Both the position numbers and the translations under genes were made by a program. A stretch of 64,000 nt of DNA from Alphaproteobacteria bacterium (GTDB lineage Bacteria > Pseudomonadota > Alphaproteobacteria > UBA6615), in the NCBI GenBank assembly GCA_021774575.1, contig JAJFIX010000017.1, positions 3,924-67,923 of the forward strand, read 5' to 3'. Below the pieces are notes generated by a model. That model was not told the origin of the DNA and ran no database searches. It saw only the letters and a list, made by a program, of their open reading frames with translations. Below, one piece after another: positions 39,741-49,564 of the stretch (its first letter is position 1; each line of letters opens with the position of its first letter).

Positions 39741-39995
39741 TCATCCGCCGGTCACGGGAGGGAAAAAAGCGATCTCGTCGCCATTTTCTATTTGGCGGTC
39801 AAACGACACATATTCCTGATTAACGGCGACGCGTATGGCCTCCATTTCGCGAAAAGCCGTCGCATAGGCTTTGGATTTGTCTTCGATAAGATAGGCGACC
39901 AATTCTCCCACCGTCGTTACACAGGCCGGTTTGTTTAGGTCCTCGGCGCCAACGCCGATGCGTTGCCGCAACCAAGCGAAATAAAGGATTTTCAT
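39741..39995 (-). CDS. moaD: molybdopterin synthase sulfur carrier subunit
   Basis: 84 aa ubiquitin-like protein ending in the diagnostic ...EIAFFPPVTGG. Confidence 0.9.
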   Translation of the reverse strand: MKILYFAWLRQRIGVGAEDLNKPACVTTVGELVAYLIEDKSKAYATAFREMEAIRVAVNQEYVSFDRQIENGDEIAFFPPVTGG

Positions 39996-40023
39996 TATCA
40001 GTCCATTTTAGAGTGCGGCTAGA

Positions 40024-41292
40024 TTACATGACTTCCGAGAAAGGGAGAAATGCAACCGTCTCGCCGATATTAAGTTGTGTCATGTCTTCGGGCAGCTCAA
40101 CCAGCCCACTGGCCCCGACAAAAGAGGACAGAATACCGGCACCTGCCCGGGGAAATTTTTGTGCGACCAGTTGGCCTGCATCGTTTTGGCTCAGTCGGGC
40201 CCGGATGAATTCCCGTCGACCGGGCTTTTTTGCGTGATTAAAATCACTGGTTACCGGAAAGAGCGGTGGGGTAATTGATTGGCCACCACCCAATGCGAGA
40301 ATGGCCGGGCGGGCGACGCGCAAAAATGTGACCATCATTGCCGCCGGGTTTCCCGGTAGGCCAATAAAAGCGGCGGTGCCGATTTCACCCATGGCGACCG
40401 GACGGCCGGGCTTGATCGCCAAGCGCCAGAAGTTTAGCCCGCCCACCGCTTCAACCGCATTCCGGACGTGATCTTCATCACCTACCGAGACGCCGCCGGA
40501 GGTGATGATCAAATCATGACTTTGCGCGGCTTGGCCCAGTTTCTGGGCGATTATTTCGCCGTCATCCGGGAGGATGCCCAGATCGCTCACACGGCAGTTT
40601 AGACCGCGTAATAGGGCCAATAAACAAGTACGGTTGGCGTCGTAAATGGCCCCGGCCGGCAGTTGACTGCCCGGGTCATGAACTTCGTCGCCGGTCGAAA
40701 AAACCGCTACCTTGAGCGGTGAGAAGACGTCCAGGCGGTCGTGCCCGATGGAGGCTATTAGGCCCAAATCCTGGGGGCGCATTCTATGCCCGGCGGTGAG
40801 AAGGGTCGTCCCCAGCCGAATATCCTCTCCTTTTTCCCTGGCATTATTCCCTTGCCGAAGCCCCGGAGGCACTGAAATTTTATCCGGACTGTTGGCGCTC
40901 GGGTTCGAAATCAAGCGGCAATCTTCCTGCATGACGACCGTATCGCAACCCACGGGCATGACGGCGCCGGTAAAAATTCTGACCGCCTGACCGACGTCTG
41001 ATGGGCGATTTAGGGGGTGTCCGGCAGCGGCACGACCGGAAACGGGCAAAATGGTTTCGGTCTCGCTCGATAAATCGCTAAAGCGGACCGCATAGCCGTC
41101 GACGGCGGAATTGGGCGTCGGCGGAACATCTCGGTCGGCGATGATATCCCTGCCCAGAATACGGCCCAGCCCTTCGCTCAATGGAATTTTCTCAATTGGT
41201 GTAACCGGTTGGCAGAAATCAGCCAAAAGATCCAAGGCATGGTCAATTTTCATCAATCCAGGGCCGGTGCCGGTTTTCGAGAGCTGGGTCAT
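40024..41292 (-). CDS. moeA: molybdopterin molybdenumtransferase
   Basis: 422 aa. VDGYAV, TGDEV and ITSGGVSVGDEDHV blocks plus the PGNPAAMMVTF block. Confidence 0.9.
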   Translation of the reverse strand: MTQLSKTGTGPGLMKIDHALDLLADFCQPVTPIEKIPLSEGLGRILGRDIIADRDVPPTPNSAVDGYAVRFSDLSSETETILPVSGRAAAGHPLNRPSDVGQAVRIFTGAVMPVGCDTVVMQEDCRLISNPSANSPDKISVPPGLRQGNNAREKGEDIRLGTTLLTAGHRMRPQDLGLIASIGHDRLDVFSPLKVAVFSTGDEVHDPGSQLPAGAIYDANRTCLLALLRGLNCRVSDLGILPDDGEIIAQKLGQAAQSHDLIITSGGVSVGDEDHVRNAVEAVGGLNFWRLAIKPGRPVAMGEIGTAAFIGLPGNPAAMMVTFLRVARPAILALGGGQSITPPLFPVTSDFNHAKKPGRREFIRARLSQNDAGQLVAQKFPRAGAGILSSFVGASGLVELPEDMTQLNIGETVAFLPFSEVM

Positions 41293-41864
41293 GCCGGCGC
41301 GTCCCGATCATTTTGCAAATGACAATGGGCAACGACGAAATCAGCCAGTGCCGGTAGGTCACTGGTATCGAGTAGGGGGGTATTCAAGGCGTTCAGTTCA
41401 GGCAAGTTTGCAGGTGCATCGCTGACAACGGCGACGACGTGCGGGTCGGAAGCGGCGATCAGCGGATCGTCGCTGGCGCCAGGTCGGTAGACTTCAATTT
41501 TTGGGATGGGGGCATTCTTAAATCCTTCGACAAGGATTAAGTCGACTGTTTCCATATGCGCCAGCAGCTCGTCCAGGCCAGGTTCGTCGGCCTCGCGCAG
41601 CTCATGCATGAGCGCCCAACGCGCGGCGGATCCCACCATGACCTCTTGAGCGCCGGCCTGGCGGTGCAAAAAACTATCCTTGCCTGGGCGATCAACATCG
41701 AACTCATGATGGGCATGTTTAATCGTTGAAATCGTGTACCCGCGCGATGTCAGTTCGGCAACGAGCTTTACCATGAGGGTCGTTTTGCCGGAATTATGCC
41801 ATCCGACGATGGCCAATACGCCAGCCGATACCGGAGCCGATACGGACGACCGATCAGCCGGCAT
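41289..41864 (-). CDS. mobB: molybdopterin-guanine dinucleotide biosynthesis adapter protein
   Basis: P-loop IVGWHNSGKTTL, IKHAHHEFDVD and LVEGFK blocks. 4-nt overlap with moeA. Confidence 0.85.
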   Translation of the reverse strand: MPADRSSVSAPVSAGVLAIVGWHNSGKTTLMVKLVAELTSRGYTISTIKHAHHEFDVDRPGKDSFLHRQAGAQEVMVGSAARWALMHELREADEPGLDELLAHMETVDLILVEGFKNAPIPKIEVYRPGASDDPLIAASDPHVVAVVSDAPANLPELNALNTPLLDTSDLPALADFVVAHCHLQNDRDAPA

Positions 41865-42432
41865 CGTTGGTTGCCGAATCGGTGCCCGGCAAAGCTGCCG
41901 CCAGACCGGATTTGAAGTATCCCCATCCCGTGACGATCGTCAAAATTGCCGATAGCCAGAGTAGCAACAAGCCGATGATTTCGGTCGCCGAGCCGATCGG
42001 CAATTGTGCCGCAGCCAGCAAGAACACCAGGGCAACCATTTGTGAGCCGGTTTTCCATTTTGCCAGTTTGGTCACTGGCACGATTACTCGGCGTTCGGCG
42101 AGAAATTCACGCAGACCCGTAACCGCAAGCTCCCGGGCCAATATCGCCAGGGCGGCAACAAGGTGATATCCGGTAATCATGTCAAAACCAATGAGCAGCA
42201 CCAGTACTGCAGCCACCATGACCTTATCGGCAATGGGATCAAGCAGCCGTCCGAGATCGCTCTCCAGATTGCGCGACCGCGCAATATATCCGTCCAGCCA
42301 ATCGGTGAAAGAAGCGGCGATGAAGACCAGAAAGGCCAGCCAGCCGGCGCCATTACTGTCGGCAAAAAAAAGTGCAACAATAATGGGTACGGCGGCGATA
42401 CGGGCATAGGTCAGGAGATTGGGTAAGTTCAC
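41854..42432 (-). CDS. pgsA: CDP-diacylglycerol--glycerol-3-phosphate 3-phosphatidyltransferase
   Basis: 192 aa membrane protein with the CDP-alcohol phosphatidyltransferase motif DWLDGYIAR...G..LDPIADK. Confidence 0.9.
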   Translation of the reverse strand: MNLPNLLTYARIAAVPIIVALFFADSNGAGWLAFLVFIAASFTDWLDGYIARSRNLESDLGRLLDPIADKVMVAAVLVLLIGFDMITGYHLVAALAILARELAVTGLREFLAERRVIVPVTKLAKWKTGSQMVALVFLLAAAQLPIGSATEIIGLLLLWLSAILTIVTGWGYFKSGLAAALPGTDSATNDAG

Positions 42433-42504
42433 GTCCGCGTCCCTTTCTATATTTCGGTCACCACAGTTGGCTCGCCAGTTGGCCCAATTGGCGACGGTAA
42501 TGAC

Positions 42505-44565
42505 TTAACGGATATTGTGAAAATAATCATAAATGGTTCGGGCGACCGCGTCGCTGATTCCGTTGACCGCCGCGAGATCTTTTAATCCGGCAGCCGAGAC
42601 ACTGCGGGCCGAGCCAAAATGAGCCAGCAGGGCTTTTTTTCGCTTTGCACCGATGCCGGTTATGCCGTCGAGCGGCGACTGGCCGATGGCTTTTGATCTT
42701 TTGGCCCGATGGGTGCCAATGGCAAATCTGTGGGCCTCATCGCGTAGTCGCTGGATGAAATAGAGCAATGGATCTCGTGGACCCAATTCGATCGGCGCCC
42801 GACCAAGCAGGTAGATCCGTTCTCGGCCGGCATTTCTGTCGGGGCCTTTGGCGACGCCGACAACGGGTATTTGATCTAGCCCGAGATCGGCCAGAACTTC
42901 GACGGCGATGCTGAGTTGCCCGGCGCCACCATCGACGATGACCAGACCCGGTTTCCCTTTGGCCATGTTGTCGGACATGTTGTCGGAAATGGTGTTGGAC
43001 ATGCTGTCGTCTGTTTCCTGGGTGTCCATCGCCTTGGCCAAGCGCGAAAACCGCCGCGTCAGCACTTCGCGCATCATCCCGTAATCATCACCAGGCGTAA
43101 TTTTTTTACTGTTGGATGCCTCCTTGCCCACATAGGCGCGGGGAGCTTCGCTGGCGCCCAAAGATGGGCGTCCCACCGGGGGCAGCGGTGCAATTGGCGC
43201 TAGATCCTTGATATTGAATTTTCGGTAGGCGTTTTTGACGAAGCCTTCGGGGCCGGCAACGATCATCGCGCCGATGGCGTGGGCGCCGCCAATATGAGAA
43301 TTGTCATAGACTTCAATGCGATCCGGTGTTTCGTTCAGGTCCAGGAGTTCGGCCAGTCCCCCGAGGAGCTGCGCATGGGAGCGATGCTCGGCCAGTCGGC
43401 GGGCGAGGGCCTCACGCGCATTATCGGTCGCGTGGCGGACCAGCTTTGCCTTGTCCCCCCGGCTGGGTGCGTTGAGCGTAACTTTTCGGCCGGCGCGGAC
43501 CGAAAGCGCCTCGGCGACGAGATTTTGTTCGGGTAGCGCGTGGCTGATCAGCACCGTGCGCGGCGGCGTTTTATCTTCATAAAATTGGCCGATGAAGGCG
43601 GTTAATATTTCCGCCAGGGTTGCCGTCTTATCATGCTTGGGGTAGATGGCCCGATTGCCATTATTGCGTCCGCCGCGAAAGAAAAAGACCTGGATGCAGG
43701 TTTGCCCCCCCGCCATGTGAGCGGCGATAATATCGGCCTCGGCGAGCCCGGCAATTTCCAGGTTAATATCCTGATGGGCCTGAACCTGGGTCAGGGCGCG
43801 TATGCGGTCACGCAGCTCGGCGGCAATTTCGAATTTAAGGGCTTCGCTGGCAGCGTCCATTTCCTTGGCCAGCCGTCGCTGGACTTCGGCACTGCGCCCG
43901 GAGAGAAAATCTTTGGCTCCGTCGATCAATTTCCCGTAGGCCGTCGCATCGACCTTGCCGACGCACGGGGCCGAGCAGCGTTTGAGTTGATATTTCAGGC
44001 AGGGACGGGTGCGATTGGCAAAAATGGTGTCGGAGCAACTACGCAACAGAAAGGCGCGCTCCAACGCGTTCAAGGAGCGGGTGACGGCGCCGGCCGAGGC
44101 ATAGGGCCCGAAATAAGTTCCCGGACCGTCTCGACGGCCACGATGTTTGACGATATAGGGCCATTCCGCCGGATTGGACCCGGTCAGATGCAGATAGGGG
44201 AAACTCTTATCGTCGCGGAGCAAAATATTATAACGGGGCCGAAATTGGTTGATGAGATTGGCCTCGAGCAGCAAGGCCTCAACTTCGGTATGGGTGGTGA
44301 CCACTTCCATGGACCTGGTTTCGGCGACCATGCGCTGCAGGCGGGTGGTCAATCGCGAAATTTGGGTATAGCTGGTCACCCGGCGTTTTAAATTGAGCGC
44401 CTTTCCGACATAGAGGACCTCGCCCTTTTCACTCAGCATTCTGTAGACGCCCGGCCCTTGGCCAAGGGTTGCGACCTGGCGCCGCACCGTGTCGCGACCA
44501 ATTTCGAGCGAGGGCCGGGGGGCCTCGGACGATATCGGTTCGGGTATTGTCGGGTGCTCGCTCAT
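42505..44565 (-). CDS. uvrC: excinuclease ABC subunit C
   Basis: GIY-YIG PGVYRMLSEKGEVLYVGKA, UVR domain, RNase-H-like nuclease (IEVYDNSH) and a C-terminal (HhH)2 motif. Start placed at Met51 (44565); the upstream ATG at 44715 cannot be excluded. Confidence 0.9.
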   Translation of the reverse strand: MSEHPTIPEPISSEAPRPSLEIGRDTVRRQVATLGQGPGVYRMLSEKGEVLYVGKALNLKRRVTSYTQISRLTTRLQRMVAETRSMEVVTTHTEVEALLLEANLINQFRPRYNILLRDDKSFPYLHLTGSNPAEWPYIVKHRGRRDGPGTYFGPYASAGAVTRSLNALERAFLLRSCSDTIFANRTRPCLKYQLKRCSAPCVGKVDATAYGKLIDGAKDFLSGRSAEVQRRLAKEMDAASEALKFEIAAELRDRIRALTQVQAHQDINLEIAGLAEADIIAAHMAGGQTCIQVFFFRGGRNNGNRAIYPKHDKTATLAEILTAFIGQFYEDKTPPRTVLISHALPEQNLVAEALSVRAGRKVTLNAPSRGDKAKLVRHATDNAREALARRLAEHRSHAQLLGGLAELLDLNETPDRIEVYDNSHIGGAHAIGAMIVAGPEGFVKNAYRKFNIKDLAPIAPLPPVGRPSLGASEAPRAYVGKEASNSKKITPGDDYGMMREVLTRRFSRLAKAMDTQETDDSMSNTISDNMSDNMAKGKPGLVIVDGGAGQLSIAVEVLADLGLDQIPVVGVAKGPDRNAGRERIYLLGRAPIELGPRDPLLYFIQRLRDEAHRFAIGTHRAKRSKAIGQSPLDGITGIGAKRKKALLAHFGSARSVSAAGLKDLAAVNGISDAVARTIYDYFHNIR
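42964..43011. repeat. degenerate 12-bp x4 in-frame tandem repeat inside uvrC
   Basis: catgttgtcgga / catgttgtcgga / aatggtgttgga / catgctgtcgtc, encoding ...DDSMSNTISDNMSDNM... in a linker region. Confidence 0.8.
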
Positions 44566-45040
44566 GCCTTCTATTTCATATCGGCGTGTCGCCACTGCTT
44601 CAAGTTTCTCTATGGTTCTGGGTTCATCGGCGATCAAAATCGTTCTCAGTCGGTCACTTCGCGGATGCCCGCTCGTTGTCCACGGCTTTGGTGGACAAGT
44701 ATGTGTGTAACACATTGGCAGATTGTACCTAGCCTAAGGATTCCGCGCCTTCCTATGATTTGCCTAAATTTTGAGCAAAAAAGGTAAGCCGTTGAAATAT
44801 AATGTATAATACTCATGGGCCTTAGGGTGGCACGAAGAGATGCTGTGTGACCCAGGTGCCGCAATGTGACAAAGTCGCACTGTGTCCTGCTGTGCATAAT
44901 GTCGGACGAACGGTCAATAGTTTATGCATATAGCGTTCGGATATAATGATATTTTGCCATCCTCACGCCGAAAACTTGCGGTTGATAATTTGACGAACTG
45001 TTGCCAAATATCGCGTTCAGTTGCCGCATGTGCGTGGTCT

Positions 45041-45838
45041 TCACAACAGGTGGTGTCCATTATCCAGCAGCAAGATTTGCCCGGTCAGGCTCTGTGTTGC
45101 AATTAGGAAACGGACCGCGTCGGCAATTTCACGGGGATCTGTATGGCGATCTAATGGGGTCACGCGCGCCTGTCCGGCGAAGTGATCTGCTGATTGCCGC
45201 TGATGCCGCATGGTCGGCCCCGGCCCTACCGCATTCACCCGTATTTTCGGCGCCAGTGCTGAAGCGAGCGTTTGAGTGAGGGTCCAGAGAGCCGATTTTG
45301 CCGCTGTATAGGAGGCAAAATCCGATGGCGGGCTGATCACCGAGCGATCAAGAATATTGATGATTAAACCCTGTGAGGATACCGGCGTTTCGGCTGCGCC
45401 CGAATAGCTTTGGGCAAAGGCCCAGGATAAAAGATAGGGTGCGCGCAGGTTAACATCCATATGGGTTTGCCAAACGTCGCGGGGCGCATCGTCACCTTCG
45501 GGTAAGAATGCCGCGGCATTGTTGATCAAGAGATCGAAGCGATATTCCGTTTTGCCGCCTGCTTTGTTGCCGTTACCTTTGACCAAAGAGGCAGCGGCAA
45601 GTTTGAGCAAGTTGCGGGCCTCATCTTCAACCGCCAGGTCGGCGCGGATGGCAACCGCTTGGCCACCGGCATCGTTGATGCTGTTGGCTTGGGCGCGCGC
45701 GGTATCGCCGGACCGATTGTAATGCAAGGCCACAGCCCATCCGTCATCGGCTAGAGCGCCGGCGATTTTCTTGCCCAAGCGTCTGCCGGCCCCGGTTATC
45801 AAGGCAGTCCGTTTGCTGGTCGTGGGTTTGACGGGCAT
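45041..45838 (-). CDS. SDR-family oxidoreductase (pteridine-reductase-like)
   Basis: 265 aa. ALITGAGRRLG cofactor loop, NNAA, catalytic YTAAK and VNAVGPG blocks. Confidence 0.75.
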   Translation of the reverse strand: MPVKPTTSKRTALITGAGRRLGKKIAGALADDGWAVALHYNRSGDTARAQANSINDAGGQAVAIRADLAVEDEARNLLKLAAASLVKGNGNKAGGKTEYRFDLLINNAAAFLPEGDDAPRDVWQTHMDVNLRAPYLLSWAFAQSYSGAAETPVSSQGLIINILDRSVISPPSDFASYTAAKSALWTLTQTLASALAPKIRVNAVGPGPTMRHQRQSADHFAGQARVTPLDRHTDPREIADAVRFLIATQSLTGQILLLDNGHHLL

Positions 45839-45908
45839 ATCGGGGATCGGTCCTGGGGTTTTGTCTTCGATCTCTACTCAATTCACCGCCGAGCTTATCA
45901 AAAACCGG

Positions 45909-46880
45909 TCAAATATCGAACATATGCCGCAACGGGCCGAATTGGGCTGAAACGTAAAGCAAATAAGCCAAGAACATCATCGCCCCCCGGATGCGACCGA
46001 CCTTACTCGTTTTAAAAAGTGCCGCGACCAGAAATACACTCACCCCAAGCATCACCCAAATATCGAACCTGAGTATCTGCGCGGAAACCGTCATTGGTTG
46101 GATCAGTGCCACACCGCCGCCGATCGCCAGAAGATTAAAAATATTGCTACCAACAACATTGCCCATAGCGACATCGCCGTGGCGGCGAATTGAGGCCATG
46201 ACAACTGTCGCGAGCTCGGGAAGACTGGTTCCAATCGCAATTAGGGTAAGGCCGATTACGGCGTCGGGAACCCCAAGCATCCCGGCGATTTCTATGCCGC
46301 CCGAGACCAGCAATCTCGAACCGAGTGCGAGCCCTGCCATCGAAGCGATAACAATAATGGCCGCGGTCACCCCGCTATGAGGCACGTTCTCAATTTCACC
46401 GACTTCTTCAGCGATACTGCGTTTCGCCGATATTTGCCTGGTTTCTCTCAGATAAGAATTGCCCAAATAGATGAATAGCGCGGCCACGAGCACAAAGCCC
46501 TGCACCGCGGTAATGCCGCCAAGAACGGCAAACAAAACAAACAGGCAGCTGGCGACGAGCATCATCATGCCATCGCGTGAAATAGCCTGGGGCGAGCATT
46601 CAAAGGGGCAGACGAGCGCCGCAACGCCCACGATTAACAGGATATTGGCGATATTGGAGCCGACTATGTTGCCGATTGCCATTCCCGGCAAACCACGGGC
46701 GGCGGCGGTGAGTGCCGTTACGAATTCGGGGGCAGACGTGCCGAAAGCGACGACCGTTAGGCCGATCATTAGGGTGGAAACCCCCATCCTTTGGGCGATC
46801 GAAACAGCGCCGCGCACGAGAAAATCCGCACAGAACAGCAGCAATACCAATCCCAACCCAGCTTGAAGGAATGATAGCAA
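45909..46880 (-). CDS. CaCA-family sodium/calcium antiporter (YrbG-like)
   Basis: 323 aa, ~10 TM. Duplicated alpha-repeat motifs GTSAPEF...GNIVGSNIANILL and GTSLPEL...GNVVGSNIFNLL. Confidence 0.85.
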   Translation of the reverse strand: MLSFLQAGLGLVLLLFCADFLVRGAVSIAQRMGVSTLMIGLTVVAFGTSAPEFVTALTAAARGLPGMAIGNIVGSNIANILLIVGVAALVCPFECSPQAISRDGMMMLVASCLFVLFAVLGGITAVQGFVLVAALFIYLGNSYLRETRQISAKRSIAEEVGEIENVPHSGVTAAIIVIASMAGLALGSRLLVSGGIEIAGMLGVPDAVIGLTLIAIGTSLPELATVVMASIRRHGDVAMGNVVGSNIFNLLAIGGGVALIQPMTVSAQILRFDIWVMLGVSVFLVAALFKTSKVGRIRGAMMFLAYLLYVSAQFGPLRHMFDI

Positions 46881-47111
46881 ACGCTGAAACCCTTTCCGAC
46901 TTAGCTAAGTGGGGGACGGGCCCCCGAGCACCCTGCTTACCGGGCCAATTCAAGATGCTGGTCCAAGATCATTGTCTTCGGTTTGACAGAGACCGAGAGC
47001 CGCAAAAGATATTGAAGGGTATATGGGGTCGATCGCTGCGGCGTCCACCCGAATGTGCGATATATCGGCATCGGTTTAGACGCCCGTCGGCATTGGGTGC
47101 CGAAGACGCGT

Positions 47112-49244
47112 CTACCGCGAGGTGATTTGCTGCGCTGCCGGTTGAAAAATGAGGCCTTCCAGTGAAATCGTGGCGCCTTCCATTTCGGGACGCTGACGTA
47201 CACAATAGGCGGTCGGGTAGAGCCCAGCCTTGGCAAATGACGCGGGTTGACTGATCGGGAAGCAAGCATTAGCCGTCGTGGTCAAGGCTGCAAGAGTTAC
47301 CTTGGGCTCGAAGAAAGTAAGGGCACCGTCGTAACTGCCGAAAGTGAATCCATTGGCGAAATTGGCCGGGTTAGTTGCGGCAAATTCTGGCGCATGAGAA
47401 TCGAGTAAATGGTTCCCCATATAGCTGATCGCGCCGCCGACATTTACGTAGCCGGCGGGTATGAACTGTGCGGGCACCGGCATTGTCGCCCGGGCCAGAA
47501 GAGTGCAGTCGATCATGTCGCCGCAGGGCCCATGGGCAATCGCCTGCACTGCCTCGAAATCCTGCAAGAAAAAATGGACGCTGAGATGCGGTTGCGCAAG
47601 AGCGGCCGGCCAATTGGCCGTTGCCGTCGGCGTAATGCGTCTGTGACCCTGGGGTAACCAATTCAGACTCACCCAAGATATCGGCGTTGCCGCACTTTGA
47701 TTTGAGCCAGCGTTTGCCGGTGTGGGCATGCGCAGAAAATGCTCCGTCACGGTCATGCATTCGGCGTTTCGGTCGGGGTAGCCGTTGCCGTTGAGATCGA
47801 TGCAGCGGCGTTGGTCGCTTGTTTGCTGAGTGAGCGCGGTAAGAGCTTCGGTTTCGATGAGAATACCGACCGAAACCGGTATGCCATCAGCTCTCATTTC
47901 AACATATGTAGAGACTTGGCCGGTTCCGATAGTCTTCAGCGGTCCCGTCCGTTTTAGTGCATTTGGTGCCGCGTCGGCGCGCAAATGGGCCAATAACGGA
48001 CCCGAAATGCCACCATCAGCCGCAAGTCCGCGGCGCCCTTGATATTCGCTAATCGCCCTGGCCGTGCCCGCATTCATGATGCCGTCAACGGGGCCGGCGT
48101 TAAATCCCAGCGTTGCCAGTGCCTGCTGTATCTCGCCGACAACAGCGGGGCTTGTCAGCCGAGACACGTTGCCCGGACCTGTGTTGACTTGGCTGCGCGG
48201 CGGCGCAGCAAATGTCGGCTGCAACAGATTTGTTTGGGGGTCGGTCTGGTATGAAATCGGCTGTGCCCCGATCGGCTGAGCCGGAACTGGGTTATAGAGC
48301 GCTGGACCTGAGCCTCGGGTTGGGGCGACGGATCCGCCGCCGCCATACTGGCCGGCATCTTGGCGCAATCGGTTCAGCAGACTAGGTGTGATAGTGCCGT
48401 CCGATTGCAGCCCGATAATAGAAGCATAGGTGCGGACGGCTTGAGCCGTCTCAGGCTTCATGATGCCGTCAACCGGACCTGGTTGCATTCCCAAACGAAC
48501 GAGCATCTCCTGCGCCTCGGCGATTTCGCGACTAGGGCCGGGGACATTTCCTGGCAGCAATTGGGTTGGCATTTGCGGCTGCTGTTGCTGAAATTGCGGC
48601 ACGATCGCCGCCTGCCTGCGGGGCTGGGCGGGTTGTATTTGCCCTTGCGCGCGCTGTTGTGCACCCTGCTGCGCGGCCGCATATCCATTTTGTGCGCGAT
48701 ACCTGACTCGCGGACGGGGGTCGTAGCCCGGATCGGTATTTGCCGGATAGGATGTTGCCCCTAATCTGCCAGCTTGCGGGTTGTAAAGATCGTTTGATCC
48801 CAATTGACCCGCTGCATTTGCCGGCAGCATGCCTGTATTCAGGCCGGGGGCAGGGATGTTTGTTCCGGCAAAAGCCGTTGGGGGCTGTGGAAACGCCGAG
48901 GGGATCGCGCTCAATTGTGGACTAACGGCCTGACGGGGGTCCTGATTGGCGGTCTGGCCGGTGATCGGCTGTTGGAGTGCCTGCTGCTGACCAAACGCCG
49001 ACAATGCCGATGGAGGCTGTGGGAAGGCCGACGGGTTTGCGCTTATTTGTGGGTTAAAGGTCTGGCGATTGATCGGCTGCTGAAAAACCTGCTGTTGCTG
49101 GCCGATTGTAGCCGGTGTAATCAATCGTTGACTGCCTCGCGGCAGAAAATCCATTACCCCCGCCCCACTACTACAGGCCGTCAAAGTAGCCGTTAGTGCC
49201 GCTGTCACGGCCAATGTCGAGAATGCAGAATAATTTGTGCGCAC
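47112..49244 (-). CDS. lipoprotein with Q/P-rich disordered region, two PG_binding_1-like domains and a C-terminal Cys-containing domain of unknown function
   Basis: GTG start. Lipobox LTAC. About 250 residues rich in Q/P/A with repeated SAxPSAFPQPP units. Two peptidoglycan-binding repeats (AQEMLVRLGMQPGPVDGIM...; IQQALATLGFNAGPVDGIM...). A ~270-aa C-terminal globular part follows. Confidence 0.6.
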   Translation of the reverse strand: MRTNYSAFSTLAVTAALTATLTACSSGAGVMDFLPRGSQRLITPATIGQQQQVFQQPINRQTFNPQISANPSAFPQPPSALSAFGQQQALQQPITGQTANQDPRQAVSPQLSAIPSAFPQPPTAFAGTNIPAPGLNTGMLPANAAGQLGSNDLYNPQAGRLGATSYPANTDPGYDPRPRVRYRAQNGYAAAQQGAQQRAQGQIQPAQPRRQAAIVPQFQQQQPQMPTQLLPGNVPGPSREIAEAQEMLVRLGMQPGPVDGIMKPETAQAVRTYASIIGLQSDGTITPSLLNRLRQDAGQYGGGGSVAPTRGSGPALYNPVPAQPIGAQPISYQTDPQTNLLQPTFAAPPRSQVNTGPGNVSRLTSPAVVGEIQQALATLGFNAGPVDGIMNAGTARAISEYQGRRGLAADGGISGPLLAHLRADAAPNALKRTGPLKTIGTGQVSTYVEMRADGIPVSVGILIETEALTALTQQTSDQRRCIDLNGNGYPDRNAECMTVTEHFLRMPTPANAGSNQSAATPISWVSLNWLPQGHRRITPTATANWPAALAQPHLSVHFFLQDFEAVQAIAHGPCGDMIDCTLLARATMPVPAQFIPAGYVNVGGAISYMGNHLLDSHAPEFAATNPANFANGFTFGSYDGALTFFEPKVTLAALTTTANACFPISQPASFAKAGLYPTAYCVRQRPEMEGATISLEGLIFQPAAQQITSR

Positions 49245-49357
49245 AATACCCCCCCAAATTCAAACGGCAAATGAATGAAATCTGGGCTGTACAGCCACTT
49301 TTTAGGAAGGGATCAGCATGCCAGTGCTAACCCTAATCATCCAGTTCCGCCAGGTTC

Positions 49358-49366
49358 TGTGGATAA
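49358..49366 (+). promoter_or_regulatory. perfect DnaA box (TGTGGATAA = complement of TTATCCACA)
   Basis: Exact 9-mer read in the sequence. Intergenic, ~115 nt upstream of the 47112-49244 gene. Confidence 0.6.
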
Positions 49367-49378
49367 GTATAGCCTAAT

Positions 49379-49387
49379 TGTGGATAA
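49379..49387 (+). promoter_or_regulatory. perfect DnaA box (TGTGGATAA)
   Basis: Exact 9-mer in the same orientation, 21 bp (two helical turns) from the box at 49358. Confidence 0.6.
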
Positions 49388-49564
49388 AATGTCCCGAAAA
49401 AATTGGCGGCGGCAAAACCATGCGTGATCGCAAGGGTTTTGGGGGCTTGGGCCGTGCCGAAATGTTGGGGAAGGTAGTCGTTATAGCCGTCGCGCGGCAG
49501 ATCTCAGCAGAGTTGCAGGGCAGCGTGTGGGGGCCAAGAATTATTACGAAAAGTTAGCGTCCGT

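Noticed and set aside
44791-44817. AT-rich segment ttgaaatataa-tgtata-atactcatggg, which superficially resembles a dif (XerC/D) site because of the TGTATA core.
   Set aside because: The flanking arms match poorly to the dif arms (GGTGCGCATAA / TTATGTTAAAT). In particular, the inner palindromic CATAA...TTATG is not present on the right side.
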